This document shows positions 25,906 through 34,954 of a DNA stretch of 64,000 bases, piece after piece. Location of the stretch: the NCBI GenBank assembly GCA_040005235.1, contig JBDTZG010000007.1:64001-128000 (forward strand), in the 5' to 3' direction. Each line of letters opens with the position of its first letter. The stretch's first letter is position 1. The notes beneath the pieces are model-generated. The model saw nothing but the letters and a program-made list of their open reading frames with translations. It ran no database searches and was not told the origin of the DNA. The position numbers and the translations under genes were made by a program. Origin of the DNA: Acidobacteriota bacterium. GTDB lineage: Bacteria > Acidobacteriota > Thermoanaerobaculia > Multivoradales > UBA5704.

Positions 25906-27489
25906 ATGGATCGTTCCCGTCCGGAGGCGGTCGAGCTGGAGCTGTTCACCCAGCGGCTCGCGGCGGTCGCCCGCGACATGGGCGAGCAGCTCCGGCGCAC
26001 GGCGGTTTCGACCAACGTCAAAGAGCGCTTGGATTTCTCCTGCGCGCTGCTCGATCCGGCAGGGGTCCTGGTCGCCAACGCGCCCCACATCCCGGTGCAC
26101 CTCGGCGCCCTCGGGTTGTGCGTCCGCCGGCTGCTGGAGACGATCTCAATCGGCCCGGGCGACGCCGTAGTCACCAACCACCCGGCCTACGGCGGTTCGC
26201 ACCTGCCCGACGTGACGCTCGTCTCCGGGGTGTTCGATGACGACGGACAGTTGCTTGGCTACGTCGCGAACCGCGCCCATCACGCGGAGATCGGCGGCAC
26301 CCGGCCCGGATCGATGCCGCCCGACGCTACGCGCTTGATCGAAGAGGGGGTGGTGATCCCTCCAACCTATCTGGTGCAGCGCGGCGTGCCCCGCTGGGGC
26401 GAAATCGAACGCCTGCTGACCGGAGGGCCGTATCCGACCCGGGCGGTGCGCGAAAACCTGGCCGATCTGGAAGCCGCGCTCGCGGCAAACCGCTGTGGCG
26501 AACAAGCTCTCCGCGCCCTTGCCGCGCGCCACGGCCACGAGGCGGTGCATCACTACATGGCGGCGCTCGCCGACCAGGCCGAAGCGCGCATGCGCGACGC
26601 GCTGTCTCGCATCGTTCCCGGTCGCTACTCCGCGGTCGAACGGCTCGACGATGGCTCGCCGATCGCGGTCGAGATCGAAGTTTCGAGCGAAAGTGCGACG
26701 ATCGATTTCGCCGGCACGGGGGCCGTTCATCCCGGCAACCTGAATGCGCCGCCCGCGGTGATCCGCAGCGCGATCCTTTACGTCTTACGCCTGCTGGTGG
26801 CCGAGCCGATGCCGCTGAACGAAGGGTTCCTGCGGCCGATCGAGATCCGCATGCCGCCCGGCTGTCTGCTCGATCCGCAGTTTCCTTCGGATCCTGAGAA
26901 CGCGCCGGCGGTGGTCGGCGGCAATGTCGAGACCAGCCAGCGGCTGGTCGATGCGTTGCTCCACGCGCTCGGCCTCGTCGCGGGAGGGCAAGGGACGATG
27001 AACAACACCCTGTTCGGCAATTCGAGCTTCGGCTACTACGAGACGGTCTGCGGCGGCGCCGGAGCCTGCCAAGGGCATCCCGGCGCGAGCGCGGTCCACA
27101 CCCACATGACCAATACCCGGATCACCGACCCGGAGATCCTCGAACACCGCTATCCGGTGCGCCTGCACCGCTTCGGGATCCGCCGTGGCTCGGGCGGTGC
27201 CGGACGTTTTCGCGGTGGCGACGGCGCGGTGCGGGAGATCGAATTCCTGGCGCCCGTCTCGCTTTCCCTGCTCACCCAGCACCGGGTCGAGGCGCCGTAC
27301 GGTCTCGAAGGCGGAGAGCCGGGCGAGCGCGGCCGGCAGACGCTGATCCGTGCGAACGGCGAGCGGGAAGTGCTGCCGCCGTCGGCCGCACGCGAGGTCG
27401 GTCCGGGCGATCGGCTGTTGCTCGAAACTCCCGGCGGCGGCGGTTTTGGATCGGTGGAACCGGTCACGGAGCAGCGAGACGCGCCCTGA
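25906..27489 (+). CDS. Hydantoinase B/5-oxoprolinase half
   Basis: STNVKERLDFSC, HIPVHLG, GGSHLPD, HHAEIGG..PGSM, QGTMNN, TPGGGG. Confidence 0.93.
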   Translation: MDRSRPEAVELELFTQRLAAVARDMGEQLRRTAVSTNVKERLDFSCALLDPAGVLVANAPHIPVHLGALGLCVRRLLETISIGPGDAVVTNHPAYGGSHLPDVTLVSGVFDDDGQLLGYVANRAHHAEIGGTRPGSMPPDATRLIEEGVVIPPTYLVQRGVPRWGEIERLLTGGPYPTRAVRENLADLEAALAANRCGEQALRALAARHGHEAVHHYMAALADQAEARMRDALSRIVPGRYSAVERLDDGSPIAVEIEVSSESATIDFAGTGAVHPGNLNAPPAVIRSAILYVLRLLVAEPMPLNEGFLRPIEIRMPPGCLLDPQFPSDPENAPAVVGGNVETSQRLVDALLHALGLVAGGQGTMNNTLFGNSSFGYYETVCGGAGACQGHPGASAVHTHMTNTRITDPEILEHRYPVRLHRFGIRRGSGGAGRFRGGDGAVREIEFLAPVSLSLLTQHRVEAPYGLEGGEPGERGRQTLIRANGEREVLPPSAAREVGPGDRLLLETPGGGGFGSVEPVTEQRDAP

Positions 27490-27964
27490 CCGCCCGCTGC
27501 CGCAACGCCTCGTAGGAAGAGATCGCGACCGAATTCGACAGATTCAACGAACGCAGCTCCGGATCGGCCATCGGAATCTTCACCAGGCGCTTGGCGTAGC
27601 GCGCGCGGATCTCGGGAGAAAGCCCAACGCTCTCGCGCCCGAACACGAGCACCGTTTGATCCGGAAAGTTGATCTCCCAGAGCGTCCTTTTCGCTTCGGC
27701 CGAAAAGAAGAACGCGGCGCCCAAGGCTGATAGCTCAGTCTCGAATTCCGGCCAGCTCTCCCACACTCGGGGGTTCACCCGCGGCCAATAATCGAGCCCC
27801 GCCCGCCGCACCTGCTTATCTTCGAGGGAAAACCCGAGCGGCCGAATCAAATGCAACCGCGCGCCGGTCGCCAGACACGTCCGTCCGACCGCACCGGTGT
27901 TCCAGTGGATCTCCGGATGGACCAGCGCGAGGTGGAGGGCGGGGGGGAGGGACAGAGAGGTCAT
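27464..27964 (-). CDS. trmL: tRNA (cytidine/uridine-34-2'-O)-methyltransferase
   Basis: PEI..NTG...RTC, RRAGLDYW, FGRES.GL, IPM...RSLNLS. Confidence 0.92.
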   Translation of the reverse strand: MTSLSLPPALHLALVHPEIHWNTGAVGRTCLATGARLHLIRPLGFSLEDKQVRRAGLDYWPRVNPRVWESWPEFETELSALGAAFFFSAEAKRTLWEINFPDQTVLVFGRESVGLSPEIRARYAKRLVKIPMADPELRSLNLSNSVAISSYEALRQRAVRARLAAP

Positions 27965-28018
27965 CGAACTCTTCCGGCCGGGGAAGGTAGCACGCCATTC
28001 CCGCTACAATCGCTTTCG

Positions 28019-28477
28019 ATGCGCATCGGCCTGCTTTCCGACACCCACGGCCTGCTCCGTCCACGGGTCCTGGAGCTGCTCGCCGGATGCGACCGGATTT
28101 TCCATGCGGGAGACGTCGGATCGCCGGAGATCCTGGCCCGGCTCTCCGGGTTAACTCCCGGCGTTCCGGTCGCCGCGGTCCGGGGCAATACGGATGGCGG
28201 CGAGCTTGCAAGTCTGCCCGACACGGCCACCGTGGAGATCGAGGGGGTCTCGCTCGGGCTGGTTCATCGGCGTGAGGACATTCCGGTCCGTTGGCAGCGA
28301 TCGATGCGAGTGATCGCGTTCGGTCACTCCCATCGGCCGGAGCTGGAATGGCGGGGCGAGGCGTTGTGGATCAACCCGGGCGCCTGCGGCGCGCGCCGGT
28401 TTCGGCTGCCGCTCACTCTCGCCGTTCTAACCCTCGACGAGGGGCGAATCGTGCCGGAAATCTTTGCCGTCGATTAA
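28019..28477 (+). CDS. YfcE/MJ0936-type metallophosphoesterase
   Basis: SDTHG, HAGD, RGNTD, GHSH, NPG. Confidence 0.9.
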   Translation: MRIGLLSDTHGLLRPRVLELLAGCDRIFHAGDVGSPEILARLSGLTPGVPVAAVRGNTDGGELASLPDTATVEIEGVSLGLVHRREDIPVRWQRSMRVIAFGHSHRPELEWRGEALWINPGACGARRFRLPLTLAVLTLDEGRIVPEIFAVD

Positions 28478-28529
28478 GATCCATTGACTACGGCCGCTCC
28501 CCCAAAGGGGCCGCCCTCGGGAGGTTCGC

Positions 28530-29828
28530 GTGCTCCACTTCTCGTCTCGTCTCTTCGGTTTCCGGCGCTCGGTGTTTGCCGGCGCGCCGGTTCTCTTGTT
28601 TGGGTTCGTCCTGCTCGCCGCGAATCCCGCGGGCGCCGTGGGCTACGGTCTGTTTCAGCACGGCGGCCGGACGACCGGCCAGGCGGGGGCGTTCACGGCC
28701 CGGGCCTCTGACCCCTCAGCCCTCACGTTCAATCCCGCTGCCATTGCGCGGCTCGACGGATTTCAATTTCAAGGCGGCCTCGATTTTCAGAACGACACCG
28801 ACACCTTCCGAACTAACACCGGTTCGTTCGATGCCGGGCACGTGATCCAGTTTCCGCCCGCCGCCTATGCCACTTGGCGCCCCGGGAAGGATTCCCGCTG
28901 GGCTTTCGGGCTCGGGCTTGATGCGCCGTTCTGGACCACTCTCGATTGGAAGCCGGTGTTTTTCCCCGAGCGGTTCACTCAGAAGAAGTTCGAGCTGACC
29001 GTCTTCCAACTGCATCCGGTCGTTGCGTTTCGCCTGAGCGACGGCTGGAGCGTCGGCGGCGGCGTCCGCTACTTGAAGGGCTCGCTTGAACAAGACGACA
29101 GCAAAAGCTTTCTGGTGGTCACAGGACCGCTCCATCGGGAGGTCGTAGAGGAGCAACGGGAAGGGAAATCCGACGTCGATGGCCTCGGCTGGGATCTGGC
29201 GCTGCACTACGCCGGAGAGCGCTGGGGCTGGGGAGGCGTCGTCCGTAGCGCGGTCAAGTTGGACGGCTCCGGGGACGCTCGTTATCGCATTCTCGATTTC
29301 CAGCTGCCCCCGGCGGATCAGGCGCTCTTCAGGTCCGGCGGATCGGTTTCCCAGAAGTTTGAGCTGCCCGCTGAATTTTCGACCGGAATCTGGTTCGCAC
29401 CCTACCCGGAGCTGCGGTTTGAGGTGGACGCCGTGTGGCAGAAGTGGTCGGACGTGAGCGCTTCGACCGTTCGGTTCGGCCCGGGAGGGCTGACGTTGCA
29501 CGACGACAGCGTGAGCCGTTTCGGCAATTGGGACGACACGCTGTCGCTTCGGCTCGGGGTCGAAGGCGACCTGAACGATCAGGTGAGCCTGTTCGGCGGC
29601 ATCGCGCGGGAGGAGTCTCCGGTTGGAGGGCAGGCCGTATCACCCGGTTTCCCGCGCGGCGACGGAATGGTCTACGCGGCCGGCGCGACCTACAACTTCC
29701 CGCAGATCTCGTTCGATCTCGGCTACTCGATCCACCAGCACGACCGAAATCGCGCGGCTTCGGGCAGCTACACCGCCCGCTCGTCCGTCTGGTCGGCTTC
29801 CGCCCGATGGCGGTTCGGCAAACCTTAG
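28530..29828 (+). CDS. OmpP1/FadL-family outer-membrane transporter
   Basis: GQAGAFTARASDPSA..FNPA plug motif, beta-strand pattern; start uncertain. Confidence 0.85.
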   Translation: MLHFSSRLFGFRRSVFAGAPVLLFGFVLLAANPAGAVGYGLFQHGGRTTGQAGAFTARASDPSALTFNPAAIARLDGFQFQGGLDFQNDTDTFRTNTGSFDAGHVIQFPPAAYATWRPGKDSRWAFGLGLDAPFWTTLDWKPVFFPERFTQKKFELTVFQLHPVVAFRLSDGWSVGGGVRYLKGSLEQDDSKSFLVVTGPLHREVVEEQREGKSDVDGLGWDLALHYAGERWGWGGVVRSAVKLDGSGDARYRILDFQLPPADQALFRSGGSVSQKFELPAEFSTGIWFAPYPELRFEVDAVWQKWSDVSASTVRFGPGGLTLHDDSVSRFGNWDDTLSLRLGVEGDLNDQVSLFGGIAREESPVGGQAVSPGFPRGDGMVYAAGATYNFPQISFDLGYSIHQHDRNRAASGSYTARSSVWSASARWRFGKP

Positions 29829-29832
29829 GAGA

Positions 29833-31392
29833 TCAGCTCCAGGGGCGCGAAATCACGCAGGCGTTGATGCCCCCGATGCCCATGGAGAGCTTGCCGGCCG
29901 GACCTTTCGGCGCAGGGCAGGGAGCATCGAAGACGTAGAGCGGGTGCAGCCTGCCGATCTCTTCGTTCAGTTCCGGCGGGGAGAGCGGAGTGGGGTAGAG
30001 GCGCCCGCGGTCGTAGCCGAGGTATTGGGCGGTCAGCTCCCAACCGCCGCCGGCGGACATGCCATGGCCGAAGGTCCCCTTGCGCGCGGTGACCAGCACC
30101 TGTCCGGACACCATGCTGCGCAGCGTCGCGATTTCCTTCCAGTCACCCGGGGTCGCGGTGGCGTGAAGGTCCCACGAGCCGAGGGTCGCCTCGTCGATGC
30201 CTGAGGCGGCGAGCGCTTCGCGGATCGCGGTGGACGGCCCCTCGATCGAAGGAGTGATGATGTGATCGGCGTCCGATGAGACGCCTACCGCGACCGGTTC
30301 CATGCCAAGCGGCTTGAAACCCCGTGCGGTCATGTGGTCGTAATCGCCGACGATCCAGATCGCCGCGCCGCCCGACACGTGGGTGCCGCGCAGGGTGGTG
30401 AGCGGCTTGGACACGGCGGCGTCGGCCGAGATGACCCGCCCGGCGTAAAACGCGGCGACGGTGATCGGCAGCGGCGGCGGGTCGGTCGCGCCGAGCACCA
30501 CCGCGTCCGCCTCTCCCGCCTGGATCGCATCCATCGCGAGCTTCAAGGTGACGCCGAACGTCGAGCAGGCGGCAACCGGCGCGAACGCGAGGCCGGTGAT
30601 CTTGCCCAGGATCGAGATCTGCGACGAGGGTGTGTTCTGGATGTTCCACAGCAGGTTCGCGGAGACCGAGCGCCAGGGCGGCTCGGGGCACTGCCACTTT
30701 TCTTGCAGTTTCGCGTGGCCGCGCTGCTTCTCCTTCATCACCGACATCTTGGCCTTCTCGACGTCGCCGTGAATGCCGTGCCCCTCGATCTCGGCCAGCT
30801 CGGAAAGGTAGGCAGCCAGCTCCGGCGAGCGTTCCGCCCACCAGTGCCACCAGGCGCCCCAAGCGTCGTCCCGATCGTCGATTTCGATCGTGTCGGGATG
30901 CGGCGGGCGCGTGAGATCGTTAGGCTCTCCGCTTCCGGCGTTCGCCGTCGCGAATTCGGGAAGCCGCTCGGCCCAGAAGCGATCCCACCGCCGTTGGCCG
31001 CGGCGAAGGGCGAGCGTGGCATCCGAGATGGTCGCCAGATTGCCGAGCCCGGTGCCGACGTAGACCCGGGTCCGGGTGCCCAGCCGCGACAGCTCCTGCT
31101 CGATGCCCGGGTTCTGCTGGAGCGCCTGGATGAAGCCGCCGATCGCGAATTGCGTCGGCAGGTCCATCTTCGCTTCGAGCGTGTGGAACCGGCTCGGCGG
31201 GAAGCGCTCGACGATCCACGAGCGGTACTCCTCGAACGAGAATTCCGGCTTTCCGATGAGAAAGGTGTCGGGGCCGAAGCCGTGGAACGGCGTGAGCCAG
31301 CTCTCTGCGGATTCGAGATTGGCCGCGAACGCTGCGACATTGGGCGACCGGGGAGCGACGATCCCCCAACCGAAGATTCCTACTCGACGCAA
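29833..31392 (-). CDS. Atypical beta-ketoacyl synthase (FabF/FabB-like)
   Basis: TTG start after GGAGG; AACST (Cys), DLHATAT (His), KGTFGH (His), GIGGIN. Confidence 0.8.
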   Translation of the reverse strand: MRRVGIFGWGIVAPRSPNVAAFAANLESAESWLTPFHGFGPDTFLIGKPEFSFEEYRSWIVERFPPSRFHTLEAKMDLPTQFAIGGFIQALQQNPGIEQELSRLGTRTRVYVGTGLGNLATISDATLALRRGQRRWDRFWAERLPEFATANAGSGEPNDLTRPPHPDTIEIDDRDDAWGAWWHWWAERSPELAAYLSELAEIEGHGIHGDVEKAKMSVMKEKQRGHAKLQEKWQCPEPPWRSVSANLLWNIQNTPSSQISILGKITGLAFAPVAACSTFGVTLKLAMDAIQAGEADAVVLGATDPPPLPITVAAFYAGRVISADAAVSKPLTTLRGTHVSGGAAIWIVGDYDHMTARGFKPLGMEPVAVGVSSDADHIITPSIEGPSTAIREALAASGIDEATLGSWDLHATATPGDWKEIATLRSMVSGQVLVTARKGTFGHGMSAGGGWELTAQYLGYDRGRLYPTPLSPPELNEEIGRLHPLYVFDAPCPAPKGPAGKLSMGIGGINACVISRPWS

Positions 31393-31516
31393 CGTAAAGT
31401 CCTCCCAGGAAAAACCGGAGATCCCTCGGGATGGGTTCTCTCCACCGGATCGGGTGATTGTCGCCCAGAGGGGCGCAGAGGGCAAACCGGCGCTCCTCGC
31501 GGCTATGATGAAGAAC

Positions 31517-31885
31517 ATGCCGAGCTTTCGTCTACGCGTTCGAGGCCGTTTCGAGGCCGCCCACCATTTGACCTCCTACCGCGGCTCGGTCGAGTCCGTC
31601 CACGGCCACTCATGGCGAGTCGAGGCGTTCCTCGAAACCGACCATCTGGACGCGGACGGCATGGCCTGGGATTTCGTCGAGGTGAAAACCGCGCTCCTGG
31701 CGCTCTGTGCCGAGCTCGATCACCAGGATCTAAACGCGGTGGCGCCGTTTACCCGGATCAGCCCGACCACCGAGCACGTCGCGGCCTGGTTCTTCGACCG
31801 GCTCGCCGAAGCCCTCCCCGGCGCGCCGCTTTTGGAGGTGGAGGTCTGGGAAGGCCCCGACTGCTCGGCGACCTATCGGCCGTAA
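31517..31885 (+). CDS. queD: 6-carboxy-5,6,7,8-tetrahydropterin synthase
   Basis: FEAAHHL, HGHSW, LDH..LN, PTTE, VWE. Confidence 0.88.
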   Translation: MPSFRLRVRGRFEAAHHLTSYRGSVESVHGHSWRVEAFLETDHLDADGMAWDFVEVKTALLALCAELDHQDLNAVAPFTRISPTTEHVAAWFFDRLAEALPGAPLLEVEVWEGPDCSATYRP

Positions 31886-32090
31886 GGGCTCGCTCGGGCA
31901 AATCAGGTCGTCATTTTGGTGCGGTTTCGTGTTCGCGCGTTCGTGTTACAGTCTGTTACAGCCTCGCTCCCTGTTCTTCTCTGCGCAAGAGGCGCCCCTC
32001 AATTGCCATGCTCCGTACTGTTTCGGGCGAGCCGGCCTGTCGCTGGCTCTTGCTCTGGGTGCCCCATATTCGGGGCAGGAGGTTGGAACC

Positions 32091-33728
32091 ATGAGGAATT
32101 GGTCCTTGGCAGCAGCCCTGCTGCTCGCCGCCGCACCGTTCGCCGCACATGCGGCGGGTCCGGCGTGGCCCACGATCGACCGCCAGCTAGCCGACTCGGG
32201 CGTGCGGAACGGGAGCGCGCTGGAACGTCTGGTCCGGCAAAACCAGGATTTCTCGATCCTTCGCGCTGACGAGGCGACGGACCGCCGCGGCCTGCCGCTC
32301 TGGCTTCGGGTCTATTGGCGGAAAGCCCATCCGGAGGTCGCCTATTCGAAGGCCGATCCGACCGGCGGCTACCCCCACGTGCTCAAAGAGATCCACGAGT
32401 GGCTGCTCTCTCATCAGGATCTCCGTCCGGGCCCGCGCGAAACGGATGTCTCTCCGGCCGAGTGGCGCGCGACCGTGGGCACGAACCTGCGGACCTCCGG
32501 CGCTTCTGCCAACCCGCGTAGCGAATCCGACATCCGGATCAACTTCAACAATCCGACCCAGATCATCGGCGCCTCGAACAACATCGTCGCGAGCGGCCTG
32601 CAAGTGCAGTTCTACTCTGCCGACGGCGGCGGAACTTGGGGCCAGACGACCCTGCCTCTCGCCTCGACCGACTCGTTCCATTCCGACCCGGCGGTCGATT
32701 GGACTTCGGACGGCCGCGCCTGGTCGATCACTCTCGGCATCAAGGGGAACACGCTCAAGGCCCGTGCCTACGTTTCGACTAACGGCGGCGCCACTTGGAC
32801 GTTCGATGGCACCCCCTCCGGTTCGCAGCGCAACGTGGACAAGGAGCTGATGTGGGTCGACCACAGCGCTAGCTCAACTTTCAAAGACAACATCTACGCC
32901 TGCTGGCACAACGGCAATCCGGCCTATGTCGGGCGGCGGACCGCGGCGGGGTGGCAGACGGCGATTCAGGTGAGCGGTGCCGAGACGTCCGGCACGGCGA
33001 TCGGCTGCGACATCAAGACCAATAGCGGCGGCAACGTCTTCGCGTTCTGGCCGACCACCGGCAACAGCCGGGTCATCGTAGCGAAATCGACTACCGGGGG
33101 CGTCTCGTTCGGCGCGCCGGTCGTGGTGCGAACGACGTTCGACAGCTACGACATCGGAGTTCCTTCGTTCAACACCCGCCGGGCGCTCATCTATACCTCG
33201 GGCGGCGCTTACAAGACGGCGACCCAAGACAACGTTTACGTCACCTGGACCGACTTGACCGGCGCCACGGGCTGCAACGCGCCGGCCAACGAACCGGGAA
33301 GCAACGTCGCCTCGACTTGCAAGACGCGAATCTGGTTCTCGCGTTCGACCAACGGCGGCGCCACCTGGTCGACGGCGATTATGCTGAACAACCAGGCCTC
33401 TCTGAACGATCAGTTCAACCAGGCGCTGGCGGTCGACGAGACCAACGGCAAGATCGGCGTGATGTATTACGACACGGTGGGCGACACCGGGCGCAAGAAG
33501 TCCGACGTCTGGTATCAGTCCTCCTCCGACGACGGCGTCACCTGGTCGGCGCCTTTGAAAGTGACCACCGCGCAGACCGACGAGACGATCGCGGGCGCCA
33601 ACTCGGGCAACCAGTACGGCGACTACAACTCCCTCTCCGGCACCCTCGGCAAGTTCTTCCCGGTCTGGACCGACCGGCGCTCGGGCGCCAAAGAAGAGAT
33701 CTGGACCGCGCCGATCATCGATCCATAG
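32091..33728 (+). CDS. Secreted BNR/Asp-box (sialidase-like) beta-propeller protein
   Basis: GGAGG RBS, signal peptide, Asp-boxes SADGGGTW, STNGGATW (twice), STTGGVSF, SSDDGVTW; C-terminal YGDY. Confidence 0.85.
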   Translation: MRNWSLAAALLLAAAPFAAHAAGPAWPTIDRQLADSGVRNGSALERLVRQNQDFSILRADEATDRRGLPLWLRVYWRKAHPEVAYSKADPTGGYPHVLKEIHEWLLSHQDLRPGPRETDVSPAEWRATVGTNLRTSGASANPRSESDIRINFNNPTQIIGASNNIVASGLQVQFYSADGGGTWGQTTLPLASTDSFHSDPAVDWTSDGRAWSITLGIKGNTLKARAYVSTNGGATWTFDGTPSGSQRNVDKELMWVDHSASSTFKDNIYACWHNGNPAYVGRRTAAGWQTAIQVSGAETSGTAIGCDIKTNSGGNVFAFWPTTGNSRVIVAKSTTGGVSFGAPVVVRTTFDSYDIGVPSFNTRRALIYTSGGAYKTATQDNVYVTWTDLTGATGCNAPANEPGSNVASTCKTRIWFSRSTNGGATWSTAIMLNNQASLNDQFNQALAVDETNGKIGVMYYDTVGDTGRKKSDVWYQSSSDDGVTWSAPLKVTTAQTDETIAGANSGNQYGDYNSLSGTLGKFFPVWTDRRSGAKEEIWTAPIIDP

Positions 33729-33754
33729 GGCACGGTTCCCCTCTCCGAAGCTTG

Positions 33755-33790
33755 AAAGACGGCGCCTCCCGGGGCGCCGTTTTTCGTCTG
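33755..33790 (+). terminator. Intrinsic terminator / repeat copy 1
   Basis: ACGGCGCC-TCCCGG-GGCGCCGT followed by TTTT. Confidence 0.8.
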
Positions 33791-33869
33791 CCCATGAAGT
33801 CTTGAGGGGAAACTGCAAGATTGACGGGGGTGTTTCGCGTCCTTTAAGCGGCAGGAGGTACGTGCCGCA

Positions 33870-34892
33870 ATGACCAGTCACGACCAGTTGTGGAAGGACC
33901 TGTTCCGCATCTTTTTCCCCGATCTGCTATTTCTGCTCGATTCCGACCTCGCGGCCCGCCTGTTCGGGAACCTCGGTCCGGGGAGCATCACCTTCCTGGA
34001 CAAGGAGGTCTTCCACGACCTGCCCGAGGGGGAACGGAGGGAGGTGGATCTCCTGGCGGAGATCCCCGACCGCGCGGGCGGGCGGAAGTTACGGGTGCAT
34101 GTGGAGATCGAGCAGCGCTTCGGCGGCGAGATCGCCCGCCGCGTCGCGCGTTACTCCCACTATCTCTACCTGCGCCATCCGGGGCCGGTGATCTCGATCG
34201 TCGTCTTTCTCCACGGTGGCCCGCCCGGCTCCCAATGGACCGGCCGCGTCGAGCGGGCCTTTGGGAGGGAAATCCACCGCTTCAACTATCTGTCGCTCGG
34301 GCTGTCGAAGCTCCCGGCGCAAACCCTACTCGACCGGGCGGAGCCGCTCTCCTGGGCGCTCGCCTCTCTCACCCGGGCGGGCAAGATGGGCAAGGCTCGG
34401 CTGAAGTTGGAATTGCTACGGAAGATTGCCACCGCTCCAGTGAGCGAGGTCGAGCGATTTCTGTTGGCCAATGCTGTGGAAACTTACCTACAATTGGCAG
34501 GGCGCCAGGCGGAAGAATACGCCGCGCTGCGTCTCGCCGACGAGAACCCGGAGGTCGAAGCGATGGAAATGACATGGGCTGAGCGAATGGCAGCGGATTA
34601 CCAAAAGAAGTTTCGCGAGGAGGGGGTCTTGCTCGGTTTGCAGCAAGGCATCGAACAAGGCATCGAGAAAGGCATCGAGAAAGGCATCGAGAAAGGTCGG
34701 GAGCAAGGTCTCGGCAAGGGCGCGGAACGTCTTCGCAGCACCCTGCTTCGCCTTCTCGGGCAGAGGTTCGGCAAGATCCCTCCCGGGGTTCGGGCGCGGG
34801 TCGAGGCGATCGATTCGCTCGATGAATTGGGTGGCCTCACCGACCGGATCTTGGAGGTGAAGTCGCTCGACGAGCTGGGCCTCGGCAGCTAG
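33870..34892 (+). CDS. Rpn/YhgA-like PD-(D/E)XK nuclease-family protein with DUF4351-like C-terminus
   Basis: HDQLWKDL, DLLAE..HVEIE, G(I/R)EKG repeats, LL.QRFG C-terminus; AGGAGG RBS. Confidence 0.85.
   Translation: MTSHDQLWKDLFRIFFPDLLFLLDSDLAARLFGNLGPGSITFLDKEVFHDLPEGERREVDLLAEIPDRAGGRKLRVHVEIEQRFGGEIARRVARYSHYLYLRHPGPVISIVVFLHGGPPGSQWTGRVERAFGREIHRFNYLSLGLSKLPAQTLLDRAEPLSWALASLTRAGKMGKARLKLELLRKIATAPVSEVERFLLANAVETYLQLAGRQAEEYAALRLADENPEVEAMEMTWAERMAADYQKKFREEGVLLGLQQGIEQGIEKGIEKGIEKGREQGLGKGAERLRSTLLRLLGQRFGKIPPGVRARVEAIDSLDELGGLTDRILEVKSLDELGLGS
34635..34718 (+). repeat. 12-bp coding tandem repeat (7 units)
   Basis: Three exact GGCATCGAGAAA units (34659-34694) plus four variants encoding GxEQ/GIEK-like tetrads. 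Confidence 0.9.
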
Positions 34893-34902
34893 GCGTTTGG
34901 CC

Positions 34903-34941
34903 AAGAAACGGCGCCTCCCCGGGGCGCCGTTTTTGCGTCTG
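34903..34941 (+). terminator. Intrinsic terminator / repeat copy 2
   Basis: ACGGCGCC-TCCCCGG-GGCGCCGT-TTTT; near-identical to 33755-33790. Confidence 0.8.
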
Positions 34942-34954
34942 TTACAGTCCGGCC

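Noticed and set aside
33870-34892. Calling the Rpn gene an IS transposase
   Set aside because: No terminal inverted repeats or DDE/HUH motifs; transposition is not established for this family
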